Positions 13,355-25,852 of a stretch of DNA of 64,000 nucleotides are shown in pieces. The position numbers were made by a program, and so were the translations under genes. The stretch comes from Octopus vulgaris (Eukaryota). Under the pieces are notes generated by a model. That model saw only the letters and a list, made by a program, of their open reading frames with translations. It did no database searches and was not told the DNA's origin. Position 1 is the first letter of the stretch; each line of letters starts with the position of its first letter. Location of the stretch: the NCBI GenBank assembly GCA_951406725.2, contig OX597830.1, positions 46,252,001 through 46,316,000 on the forward strand, in the 5' to 3' direction.

Positions 13355-13474
13355 CAGACATCTTCCCATAAATCGGGTGTTGGTCGTATAACGAGATGCA
13401 CAAACCGTAAGCTCTTTGGTCTTTTTTGTTCCATGACTGTGCCCCGGCGACTTTGTGGAAGTTGTCATTGCAAT
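13355..13474 (-). CDS. PP2C-like (CG9801-like) internal exon
   Basis: tttcag|AT TGC... translates CNDNFHKVAGAQSWNKKDQRAYGLCISLYDQHPIYGKMS G|gtaagt. 120 nt, phase 1/1. The WN..AYG..SLY motif fits the family. Confidence 0.88.
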
Positions 13475-15329
13475 CTGAAATAAAATTCAAAAATACTTTA
13501 CTATAGAAAATAAATAATTCAGTCACTAAACAATGGGTTCAGATGAAAGAATACACATAGCTCTGCATCTACAAAACCCTTCTACTGCTGTGGACAGTAG
13601 AAGGGCTGCTCCCTTTGGGGACTGTGAACAATAAAAGATTAAGAAACATTGATAGCAGGGGTTTACAGTCAAAATAGTTGTTTTGGACCCCGGCCAGTCT
13701 TGATACAGCAAACTCATTCAGCCCTTTTGTATATCAGGGTCTATGTTGTCCAGTGTTTTTTATCTGAGGTTGTAGGGTGTTGCTATTTCTGGCAGGTTAA
13801 ATGACAGTGTCTAGGTAATAGTCATTGTACAAAACCCCTTCAGCTCTGCCTGACATGGAGGCATCTAATCAAATACTCACAATCCACACATCCAGTCACT
13901 TTGAATTATGTTTGACCGGTTCGACCAGTTCTCCGGTTCAGGCTGAACTTCAGTGTTTGATAGCTTTCAACTGTGGTCATCTGTCTTTTACTGTGGACAT
14001 ACTGTCCAAATAAAAGTTAAGAAAATATTTGTTGAAGGAGATTCAACCAAAACATTGACCAGGTTAAGTGCTGTGAAAGCTGGCCATGTTGGCTTCAGTT
14101 AAAACAGCTATATGAGTGGTAGTAGTAGTAGCAGCAGTAGTTGTTGTTGTTCTAACAGGATGCTGCCAGTAGTTCTGGTCTGTAAAATGGTTATCTTATT
14201 GATAAGATGATTTATGTTTTAAATATTAACCATTAGGCAAGATGAAGATAAAATAGTTAAGAGGTTCTTGTGAATATCAGATTTCTCAAAATCTGAATTT
14301 AATTGAATGTAGAATCAAGATTAAAGAAGCTGCATGCTTCTGTGCAATAACATTTGCAGCTCATTCATTCCAATATTGGTTCTCAACTGACCTCCTTTAA
14401 ACTATATTTCTCAAAGAAAATCTAAATGTGCAATTGTTTTTATTTCATTTTGTTTTTCTGCTGCATATCTTTCAAAAATAACAAATAATGATTTAATAGC
14501 TATTGTTATTATTTTTCCTTTTTTCTTTTAACAATAAAATTAAAAATATTGAATTATTTTTGTTGTTTACTTTTCAGATTTTTAAAGAAATTTCATACAG
14601 AAAAGACATTAACTAAAGTTAGATTATTTTAGTAAAATATTTTAAAAAGAAGATCTTGTTTAATGTTCTGCTTCGTTTATTGTTCATATGCAAAAACGCT
14701 TTATTAATCATTTTAGCTTTTCAACCGCCTCCCTTTGCTAAACTGCCTTTTAAAGATAAACAAGTGGGTTTTTTAAAAATTTATTTATTTATAATGATGA
14801 CTTACATTAAACATGCAATATAAACGGAGAGTTTATAAATGTGAATTGATGCTTTCTGAGATGGGACAAAATAAAATCGACATTTTCTGTTTTTCAATGA
14901 AGTGAAAGAAAAAAATGTTATCAGACCTAAATGGAACTAGTCATGATAAAATTGACATCATTCCATTTGAAATTGAAAAGAGGCCACTTATTAACTTGGG
15001 ATATTAAAAATAATACAACGAAGACTGTTATTAGTCATTAAGCATGTTAATTCATTTGCTTATTTCATTTTCATAATGCTAGCATAGCTTATACTGGGTT
15101 ATATTAAAGACAATGTTTCATAGTTAGTTATCCTTTCAGTTGCCAGTTTTTTAAGTAAGGGAATTTTTTTTATTCCACTGGTTATTGAAAATATAAAGTG
15201 ACCAGTCATAATGTTAACAAGGAATAAAAACATCACCATTTTGCACATTAGCAAAGCCATGGAATATAAACGTCATCCATGGAGACACAAGTACACAGCA
15301 TCATCATTTAACATCTGATTTCCATGTTG

Positions 15330-15363
<34 letters not shown>

Positions 15364-15869
15364 CTGAATTTTTATTGTTCTTTATCAATTTTGTTAAATA
15401 TTTCAAGGAAATTTCTTTAAGTATTTTTTTATGAAAAAGCAATAAGTGAAACAAAGGAAAAAGAGATAGTTTCACACACCCAGTTAATTGATTCCCTCAC
15501 TTTCATTAAGTACAGAATGTTTATTCTGACAAGCTTCTTCAGAGGATCCAAGCCAACCAGATACCAATCTGACTCTTTCTCTCTCTCTCATACACACAAC
15601 ACACACGCGCAATGGTAGAAGATAAAGACGAGCTGTTGCTTAAAGACAGAGTTTCTGCTTTACCAAATTCTTAACACATTAACAACCAATGAAGTAACTC
15701 AAACACAATAACAAAGACATGTTGGTGCAGTCTGGAACAGGCCTGATCAAACAGAGCCATATCAGATCAATCAGACATTCTGGCCATGACCATATCTTCA
15801 GACTGTGTACCTATGACAAGATTATCCAATATGCTTCCCATTTTTCAAGATAATTTCTCTCTTTCTCTC

Positions 15870-16303
15870 TTTTACTTGTTTCAGTCATTTGACTGCGGCC
15901 ATGCTGGAGCACCGCCTTTAGTCAAGCAAATCGACACTGGGACTTATTCTTTGTAAGCCCAGTACTTATTCTATCGGTCTCTTTTTTGCCGAACCGCTAA
16001 GTGACGGGGACGTAAACACACCAGCATCGGTTAAGAGCAATGCTAGGGGGACAAACACAGACACACAAACATATATATATATATATATAAAATCTGCCTT
16101 TTATAATAAGATATATATATATATATATATACATATATACAACAGGCTTCTTTCAGTTTCCGTCTACCAAATCCACTCACAAGGCATTGGTCGGCCCGGG
16201 GCTTTAGCAGAAGACACTTGCCCAAGATGCCACGCAGTGAGACTGAACCCGGAACCATGTGGTTGGTTAGCAAGCTACTTACCACACAGCCACTCCTGCG
16301 CCT
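15870..16303 (-). mobile_element. tRNA-derived SINE with internal (TA)n
   Basis: Reverse-strand tRNA-like head at ~16230-16303. Near-identical to 41980-42360. Confidence 0.85.
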
Positions 16304-17251
16304 ATTTGAGGGAGATTTAACTTGTTTTTCTAACAGATTGAGTGATTGTATAGAGGTACCCCGTTCACTTGTTTGTATGGAAGAAATAATTGTTATATAA
16401 TTATGTTGAAATAACTTATGAAAATAATTAAGTCAGTCAATGGAAATTATCTCTAATTTTCAATGAGTCACTGGATGACCAAATATTTTGTCTTTCGGTG
16501 CAGACTCGAGTAGGAATTGCAGATATGACAAGTGCAAATGAAGTGAAAATAGCTCCACCAAGAATCAATCTCAATTTGCATATTTGTACTTCCAAATTTT
16601 TCCACTCCCACATTGTTACTACCAAATTTTTCCACTCTCCTCCAGCATTTGATTAAAGTCAATATACAAAGCACAAAATGAAAGTTTTGTTACATCCCCT
16701 ACTATCACACACCAACATTCATTCATTAATATTTTTATTACTATTATCATTATCAGTAGTAGTAGTAGTAGTAGAGCTAATCATTTCATTTACATCATTT
16801 TAACATCTGTTTCTCTGTGCCTGCATGGATTAGATGGAACTTTTCTTCAGCCGGAGTCTTTTTCTTTTTACCTTCCTGTTACCAATCGTCACCAGTTCCC
16901 AAGTACGGTGAATATTTTCTCTGTTCTAACGAACAGCAAACAGCTCAATGCCCAGACATACTTTCAAAGAGGATTGTAAACAAAAGACACTGTTTCTACA
17001 CTGGTGGTTTTTGTTTACAATTAATGTGCACATGTCAAGACAAAGGGAAATACACTCTCTCTCTCTCTCACGCACACACACAGGGGCTTCTTCCAGTTTC
17101 TGTCTGTAATTTCCACAAACAGAAGACACCAGCCAACAGTGTCCCCACAATGGGAATGACCCTTCAACTTGTTAACCATATGGTCACAACTGGAGTTGAT
17201 ATCTTTCTGAGTATTAACATATGTAAACCACTTCCAGAAAATCATCATCAT

Positions 17252-17580
17252 CATCAATTAACGTCCGTTTTCCATGCTAGCATGGGTTGGACGGTTTGAC
17301 CAGGGTCTGGGAAGCCAGGAGGCTGCACCAGGCTCCAGTCTGATCTGGCAGTGTTTCTGCAGCTGGATGCCCTTCCTAACACCAACCACTCCGTGAGTGT
17401 AGTGGGTGCTTTTTACGTGTCACCGGCACAGGGGCCAGAGGAGGCTGGCAAACGGCCACAATTGGTTGGTGCTTTTACATGTCACCGACACGAATGCCAG
17501 TCAGGCGGCGCTGGCATCTGCCACATTCAGACGGTGCTTCTAAGGTGTCATCGGCACAGGTATCTTAACTACAATTTCCA
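17252..17580 (-). mobile_element. RTE-tailed SINE with internal ~60-bp modules
   Basis: (CAT)n followed by TAACGTCCGTTTTCCATGCTAGCATGGGTTGGACGG; reverse of the 12463 family. Confidence 0.85.
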
Positions 17581-18156
17581 TTTGATTTTCATTTTGATGT
17601 TAAATGAATGCATTAATCCAGAAGAGAAAGTTCAAAAGCCATTCATATTGTATTTTATCTTTTGTCATGGAAGGATATTTACTTCTCTACCTAAATAGGA
17701 ATCAATAAAAATCCACAGACAAAGGAGACCCTAAATGCACCATAACAGACCCTAACCTCTTCCTTCTAGCTTTCTCTGTCCTCAGCCAACCTCAAATTTT
17801 CTACAATCTCCTTCCTTACCAATTCCTTACTCCTTCTCCATCTCTTTGCAATCTTTCTTTTCTTCTCTTCATATTCACTAGAATGATGAAGTTATGTTAC
17901 ATGACTTCATTTTTTCACCATATTTTGATATTTGACAGCCTTCCCTGCTATTTCTTTCAAAATGCAGATCTTGTTTTTAACAATACATTGGTGTTGATAA
18001 TCAGGAAAAGAATTTCTTTTCTAGCAGCTTAAAGTTACAGAAAATAAGAGTTGAGAACCAACTAAATGAAACTTCACAGACTGCACAAAGGTTGTATATG
18101 TTTGAAGCAAAGACTTTTTACAGATGGATTCCCTTTTCTACTATAAACTTCTAAAC

Positions 18157-18380
18157 CAGTGGTTCTCAACCCCTTTTTACCTATGGTCCCTTCTGATTCT
18201 TATTTTACTTGGATGGACCCTCATGGCCATTCAATGTTTTTTTAAAAAATCCTATTATAGGCTTTTCTAATTAAATATTTGTCAGGAAGTGTATAAAAAA
18301 ATTGTTAAAATATTTTGTGTATATCCAGTTTATTGCAGATCAACTTTAACAAAATCTTATATGGCCCCTAGTTTAGAAGC
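18157..18380. mobile_element. hAT (Charlie/MER5-like) MITE, degenerate right end
   Basis: Left TIR CAGTGGTTCTCAAC. Near-identical 8-bp flanks TTCTAAAC / CTCTAAAC. Confidence 0.65.
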
Positions 18381-20040
18381 TCTAAACTGTTAAAAAAGAA
18401 TTATTTGATGGTTTGGTGATTAGGCTGAAGGGAAAAGAGCTTCGTAGATTGCATGGAAGACACAACAAAGTTTTTTTGTTAATATTTATTCATGTGGTCA
18501 GCTTGTTAGAATTGAGAATTTATTTAAAATGAGGTAAATACGAAAAAAAAGACAGCTCCAATGAACCAACTTTTACCATAATATTGAACCTTTCACAAGA
18601 AAATTTGAATTCAGGGAAAATCAAGAACTAATGATAACTGGTTGTTTTTTTTTTTGTTATTCCAGACACAATGGGAAATCAGAATAAATATTAAAAAAAC
18701 ATCAAAGAATTTAATAAGCAGCAATTGGGTTATATTTGTGAATCTCTTCACTACATCTGTCTTTTATTTTCTCTGGGGAAAGAGGAAATGGGAATGAGCC
18801 TCACTCCACCCAGAGGCATATATAAAGGGGCACAGAATGTCCTCTAGCCTGTCTGTTAATTATTGATATCCTGTACAAGATAACAGTTGACTGCACGTGA
18901 CATTCACAGATGACAAGACACCTAATCACCACGCACGAGAGTAATACAGTTCTTCTATATGTAAGAGAGTGTTTCTAAAGTGTGTAGGATTTAGTGTGTA
19001 GTTCATATACATTTAGCGTGTCTTTTGTTGATTCAAATTGAAGCTCTGTTGGTTGGTAGTTTAGTAGCTGGTCCTCAAGGTCTGTCATCGTTTCACTTAA
19101 ACACACCAGATATTAGTGGTGTATATATTACAGGTCCATAGATAGGTCTGTAATGTACACCAGATTAGAGACTAGCATGACAAGATGCTAGACTAGGTAC
19201 TAACCAGGAACAAAATACTAAGAAGAAACCAAGCAATACTCATACTAAGGCAAATAAGGTCTCAGCTGAAAACAATTTCACTTTTCAAGACAATTAGCTA
19301 CATATTCAATGCTTCAAGTTTTACACTACTTGCTAATTAATTCATTTAAGGCACAACTATGTAATTAAGAAGTCCTCTTCACAATCACAGTTTGACTTTA
19401 CAGTGTTTTGGACATCCTCTTTAATGATCTCGGATCGTTCCAGCCTTGTGAGTGATGATTGGTCAACTGAGATGTGTGTGGGATGCCTATCAAATGACCT
19501 GTACATGGCTTGGGATGATATGCTCAATCCCTGGTCCAGTGAATACACTGGACACCTTCAGCCAGTTCTCCACTGCTGCAAATGTTCAGATCATATTTCA
19601 AGTCAAGAATTATGGTACCCGCAACCTGCCCCACCGTTAATATTGGAGGTTCAACAAAAAGATCACCTGTGCTGCCCTTCCCTCAATCGCAAAAACATCT
19701 TTCTCTAATCCTCTCCACACTGGCATGTCATGTTTAGAATTTTAGGTTTTGTTTTCTTTCTTTCTGAGATGAAAACCGGTCCCTTTGGGGCTGTGTCTGA
19801 AGCTATTAAGGCTCACCTCAATGTAAAATGGCAGTTTTAAAACATCTGATGCTTCTGAGGAGGAGGTAGATGAGTGGGGTGGGAACACTCTGTTGGTGTG
19901 TTGAATGGTTAACGTTAACCATTAGAAGTTAATAATTGTCAGGTACATTCAGAAGCAGACAATGGAAAACAAGAAGATTACAAGCTGAAATAGGTTTCCG
20001 TTGAAGAAGCTGAGTACGTGCGTGTGTATGTATGTAGAGA

Positions 20041-20600
20041 AGAGTGAGAGAGAGAGAGGTAGGTAAGAAGATGGAAGGAAGAATGTGTAAATGTCTTAGT
20101 TGAGAAATATTAGAAAGTGAAAGAGAAAAAGCTAAAGAAGTAGAAAAAGACAGAGATATAGAAAGAGGAGAGAAAAGAGAGAGACACTGGAAAGAGAGAA
20201 ATAAAAGGGAAGAGAAAATAGAATAGTCAGATAGAGGGGGAAGTAATTAGGAATGGAGAGAGAGGAAGGAGGTAGAGAAAGAAACTGAAAGGAGAGGAGA
20301 GAGAGAGGAAGGAGGTAAAGAAAGAAACAGAGGAGAGAGAGAGGAAGGAGGTAAAGAAAGAAACTGAGAGAGAGAGAGAGAGAGGAAGGAGGTAAAGAAA
20401 GAAACTGAAAGGAGAGGAGAGAGAGAGAGGAGAGGAAGGAGGTAAAGAAAGAAACTGAGAGGAGAGGAGAGAGAGAGAGAGGAAGGAGGTAAAGAAAGAA
20501 ACTGAGAGGAGAGAGGAAGGAGGTAAAGAAAGAAACTGAAAGGAGAGGAGAGAAGAGTGAGGCAGGGAGGTTAAAAAGGGAGAGATAAAGAAAGAGAACA
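20041..20600. repeat. Polypurine tract with higher-order GA-rich repeat
   Basis: Motif GAGAGAGGAAGGAGGTAAAGAAAGAAACTGA recurs ~5 times, separated by variable (GA)n. Confidence 0.9.
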
Positions 20601-22842
20601 AAACAAACTGTTCCCCCACCACTGCCACCACCACCACCACAGCCACCACCACCCCCAGTGTCAACAAAGCTGCCACCAGTCATCAACTTTGTGGTGCAGC
20701 AGAAGATTGCCGTTTCTGTTTATTGCCAGAATAAACAAAGCCTGATGCGCCAGTTCTTGCCAGGTATCTTCCTTCCCAAAGTTGTCTCCCTAAGAAACAT
20801 GATAACCCTGCCTTCTCAAACTGCTTGGAGGTTCTCAGGTAACATCACCCCCCCCCCCCACCACCACCACCACAACACTATCCCACCCGCACCCACAACA
20901 CTTTGAAAGATTTCCAAAATTTGATGGAAAGATTTTGCTGAATCATCATTACCACTTGTACGAACCCTACCACCCACACTGCCATTGGCAGCACTACCAC
21001 CACCATCACCACTACCACCACTGTTGTTGCTGCTGACATTGCCAGCACCACCGCCACCCCTTTCAATCACACTAGTGTTATAGCTGCCATCTTCCCTACC
21101 ACTGATGTGGCCCCACACTTATTGTTGTTACCACATCACCCTCAAAGAGCCACAACCAATGACAGACTCTCGAGATGGTTGCTCAACCAGCTCAATAGAT
21201 CACAGCTCATCCTCACGAAAATGGAAGAAGGAACACATTGAATTAATGCAGTTCTAGATATTGTAAGTTCAACCTAAAGATGGGATGGTCGTGGCTGGAA
21301 TGCCTTTGATTATTGGTCTACATTCTGCATCATAAGACCTGGCCTGGGGTTAAACAACAACATCACCACACAACCATCACAAACTACACTGTTACACTTC
21401 TGCAGGTGCATTACCATTAATATTACACCACCACCACCACATCTACCATTCCCAGAGTACATACTATCACTGACACTTCCACCACTGATATGACATCACC
21501 ACCACCACTACCACCACACTTAATATTGCTAACCTTTACAAGCACTAGGAACACAACAACCACAGCTAGAAAGATTCTACCTCTTATAGTGACCACCACC
21601 AATGACACCCACTATTATCTCTACTACTATACCACTCCGGCTACCACTAATACCAGTCCCAACTCCAACCATCACTGCTAAAATGATACCACTCTCACAG
21701 CTAGCACCAAAATGACACCACTACCACTACGACCATTATTATAATACCAATCCCAACATGGACATCACCACCTTCACCAGCCCAACATGCTACACAAGAC
21801 AACCATTGATCAAAATGGTAAAGAAATGAAAAAAAAAAAAAGAAAATTTGTAAAATGGTGAAGAATATTTTCAATGCAAAATCTTTGGATTCCTTCTTTT
21901 ACATTCTGAACTTCAGTTTTGTGTTTTTTATTCCACCAGAATCAATACAGAGAATTGGAGGCAATTTTAGCCGACCACACCCCCACCCATTCCCCTACCA
22001 CCACACAACTTCACCAACAAGCTGCTTGGTTACTTGACATGCCAGAAATAGCAGCCAAGTTTCATTAACATCTCAAAAATAATATTTAAGACAACATTAG
22101 GCAATGTTGTATTAAGACATGTCGTATTGGACATACATTACCTGAAAAATAAAAAGTGAGAATGGTTGTTGCTGGAATACTTTTGATCATAGGTATGCTC
22201 AATCAGGACAGACCTAGGGCTAAACAATTAACCTCCACTTGGACAAAAATGTGGCTTTGCTAGGAAGTCTTTAAATACCATTTTTGATTTTTACCCCTTT
22301 TAACCGTGTGTGTGTGTGTGTGTAGATTATCATCATCATCATCATCATTCAGTGTCTGTTTTCCATGCTGGCATATGTAGGATGGTTTGGCAGGAGCTGG
22401 TAAGACTGGGAAGCCCCCCCCCCCCTCCCCATGTTCCATTGCCTGGTGCAGCCTGGTTTCTACAGCAGGACGCCCTTCCTAATGCCAACCACTTTACAGA
22501 ATAGACTGGATGCTTTTTATGAAGCACCAGTGCTTTGATAGATTGACTGATTGATGGATGGATGGATGGATAGACAGACAAACAGACAGACAGATATGTC
22601 TTATAGAGCTAATCGTTTTCTCTCACAATTCTTGAAAATCTATTTTAAATCAAAAGTATTTCAATAAATTGCAAATACAACACAGATCCAATGAAAGGAT
22701 ATGAACTGCAGTCATTTAATTGATTGCTTGACCTTTGCTTGACCAATTGTACTCTTCCCTTCCAAAAAATTATTCAACTGAAAATGTGGGTGCTGCTCAT
22801 TATCCCTTTTCTACATGCAGTGACCCACAGCCACCCACGTGT

Positions 22843-23229
22843 GGAATGGAAGCACTCCGTCGGTTACGACGATGAGGGTTCCGGTTGATCCGAATCAACG
22901 GAACAGCCTGCTCGTGAAATTAACGTGTAAGTGGCTGAGCACTCCACAGACACATACACCCTTAACGTAGTTCTTGGGGATATTCAGCGTGACACAGAGA
23001 GTGACAAGGCCGGCCCTTTGAAATACAGGTACAACAGAAACAGGAAGTAAGAGAGAAAGTTGTGGTGAAAGAGTACAGCAGAGATCACCACCATCCCCTG
23101 CCGGAGCCTCGTGGAGGTTTTAGGTGTTTTCGCTCAATAAACACTCACAACGCCCGGTCTGGGAATCGAAACCACGATCCTATGACCGCGAGTCCACTGC
23201 CCTAACCACTGGGCCATTGTGTCTCCACT
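22843..23229 (-). mobile_element. tRNA-derived SINE with 12-bp TSD
   Basis: Minus-strand head ACAATGGCCCAGTGGTTAGG...GGTTTCGATTCCC (A/B boxes). TSD CCACCCACGTGT at 22831-22842 and 23230-23241. Confidence 0.88.
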
Positions 23230-24252
23230 CCACCCACGTGTACCAGACATCTAAACAGCAAAAGTAATGTACTCCTAGATGCTCTATGACTAAAAGAGAA
23301 AATGATAGAACGGTTAAAGCAGGAATACTTCCAGTCCCAGGGATCATCCCAGGAATAAACAACAGCAACATGCTATCAGACTTCCTATAACTTCCAAAAC
23401 CATCACATTTATACACTCACATTTATACACCCACTCTTGCCCTAACATTTGGTTGTTGCTATTTCAATTTAAAAATTTCTAATTTTAAAATAACGATGAT
23501 GATGATACTAGTAAAAACTCATTTCCGGAAACTTTTTGAGTGAACAAAAGATGAAAAGTAAATAAAATGAAAAGAGAAATGAAATAAAATAAAATTAGAT
23601 TAAATAGGAGAAAATAAAATAAAATATAATGAAATGGAATGGAAATTGAAATTCCTGAGTTTTGAAATGGAATGAAAGAAAGAAATGGATTAAAATTATA
23701 TATATATATATATATATATAATGAATGATAGTTAATCAAAATTTTTTTTCTGTTTGAATAATTGTGAGTGGGGTGGGGTGTGGATGAAGTTGAGTGTTGC
23801 TTCTGCTACCCCTACAGCGTATCATCACAAATGAGGAAACTATGGAAGTAGGGGGTGGGGATTAATGCATCGAGGCAGGTATGTGTGATATTTCAATCAC
23901 TGCAATGACAATGACCACCACTCCTGAGATTCAAGATACGGAATTTACATAAGATCTTCAACAAAGATCTGCACAACCCTATCTGACTTCTCAGAGTTCA
24001 ATCCCTTGTCCACTGGCATGAAACTGACCTCTCCCTGCCCCCAGGGTTTGTAGTTCTGCAAGTTGTATATAAAGAGCCCCCAATCCATGCTGAAAAGTGG
24101 TTAATGTTAGGAAGATCATCCAAGCATAAAAGCCGGGCGAAAACAGTCCTTGGACACAGCATCCAACTCATGCTAACATGGAACATGGAGATTCAATGGT
24201 GGTGGTAGTGATGATGATGATGATATGTAGGCACATATCTACACACACATGT

Positions 24253-25030
24253 CAGTGCACAGATAAGTGCTTCCTGCAGCTACAAGAGCTTTTTAGTTCT
24301 TATTTCTAGCAATGTAGTGACAATTGTATTTTTCCGGTTTGGTTTGATATCGTGAATAGCCACCTTCATTATTCCATAATTTCCACTTTACCATTTTACA
24401 GAATCCTCCACTAATACAAATGGTAAACACTAAACACTAGCAGTCAGCATATAACCAAATCATCCAGCAATGGAATAGTCACCACAGAGGAACTTTAATT
24501 CAAAGTAAAACTAGACTAGTATGGGGACCTCACTCACTGTGGGGTGGTTATTTCCCCTCTCAGTGCATAGGAATGTGCTTCCTGCAGCTGTAAGGCCTTT
24601 TTAGCTCTTATTTCTAGCAATGTAGGTGCTACCCTGCACTCTCAGTCACAACTAGTAACAACTGAATTTTTCTTTTTTGGGTTTAATACTGCGTATAGCC
24701 GCCTTCATTAATTTATAATTTTCGCTCTAGCATTTTGCTAATTCAACCATAAATTAATATGGTAAACATATTTCCTGACAGCTGGGATTTAGCTTAAACC
24801 ATCCAACTACGGAGGAGTCACTGCTGATGAGTTTGAAATTTTCAAACGAAACTATAGTATAGTGATCTTGGTCGCTGTGAGGTGGTTATCACTCCTCTTG
24901 GTGTTCCTGCAGCTGTAAGGCCTTTTTAGCTCTTATTTCTAGCAATGTAAGTGCTACTCTGCACCCTCAACTAGTGACAACTGAACTTTTGTTTTTTGAT
25001 TTTATATTGCATATAGCCGTCTTCCTTATT
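24253..25030. repeat. Diverged tandem repeat, ~310-325-bp unit, ~2.4 copies
   Basis: TTCCTGCAGCT...TTTTTAG(C/T)TCTTATTTCTAGCAATGTA recurs at 24271, 24579 and 24904. Confidence 0.85.
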
Positions 25031-25083
25031 ATACACACACACACTAATATACAAACACACACACATACATATATAAACTTTAA

Positions 25084-25304
25084 CCCTTTAGTGTTCGCAT
25101 TATTCTGCCAAAATTAATCCTTTTTTATCCACATTGCCTTGAACTAATCAGGCATTATCTTGTAGCTATGAGATTTTGATGAGGTAGCTGTTAATTTTTC
25201 AAACAATATTGTAGGGCTGGTGTGAGAGACCAGATATGGCCAGTCTGAACATAAAACAGGTAGAATACTTTTGGACGGATATGGCCGGTTTAAATGCTAA
25301 AGGG
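25084..25304. mobile_element. piggyBac-type MITE, family B (221 bp)
   Basis: TTAA-CCCTTTAG ... CTAAAGGG-TTAA. Inverted sister copy at 36937-37157. Confidence 0.92.
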
Positions 25305-25852
25305 TTAATTAGTTTAATTCATAAATGTGACAAAATACATTTTGCTGGATGATGACAGATTCATGGCCATGGACTAAAATTTGCAAACTCAAACATCTAA
25401 TATTGAGTTCTTTTTTCTCAGTGATATGACCAGGTTCTTTTGGACTTTTCACTGCCAAGAATAATATATAACCCTTCTAATATTAATAATAATAATAATA
25501 ATAGACCTAAAAATAAGCCAAGGAAAATCATTTGGTTTGCTCCTCCCTTTTCTCTTAACCCACATTCTCCTAGAGCACCATATTTGGCGTAAAGTGTATG
25601 CTTCCTTTGCATGTCCATAGATTTTATTGTGCAATACTCATTTAATGATTTATTACTATTTTGCAGACTGCTAGGTTAGTATTTAAATCTTATAATCAAT
25701 TTAATCAGCACCAACATATTTTAGTGTATGTGAATTGCTTCATTTTTCAAGATATAGAATTATGAAGGAAGATCCTTATGATATCTAATAAAAAGTAGGT
25801 ATTTTTGCATTTTATTTTTATGGAAACAGTTTGTGTTTTTAGTGACACTCAC

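Noticed and set aside
13881-14005. Possible extra minus-strand exon with donor ATT|gtgagt
   Set aside because: The frame required by the next exon contains a TAA. Only an 18-nt microexon with a weak acceptor would fit, and nothing else supports it.
19357-19708. Overlapping short ORFs including an FTGP motif
   Set aside because: No consistent splice sites or open frame linking to the PP2C-like gene; the family SGPD motif is already supplied by exon 41295-41440.
20132-20686. 184-aa and 149-aa Leu/Ser/Phe-rich ORFs
   Set aside because: Translation of a polypyrimidine repeat.
23150-23229. Possible tRNA gene (also at 27515-27580, 16230-16303 and 56742-56820)
   Set aside because: A/B boxes are present, but there is no complete cloverleaf and each is fused to a SINE body.
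24253-25030. Repeat-spacer (CRISPR-like) array
   Set aside because: The intervening segments are ~270 bp and homologous to each other, so this is a tandem repeat.
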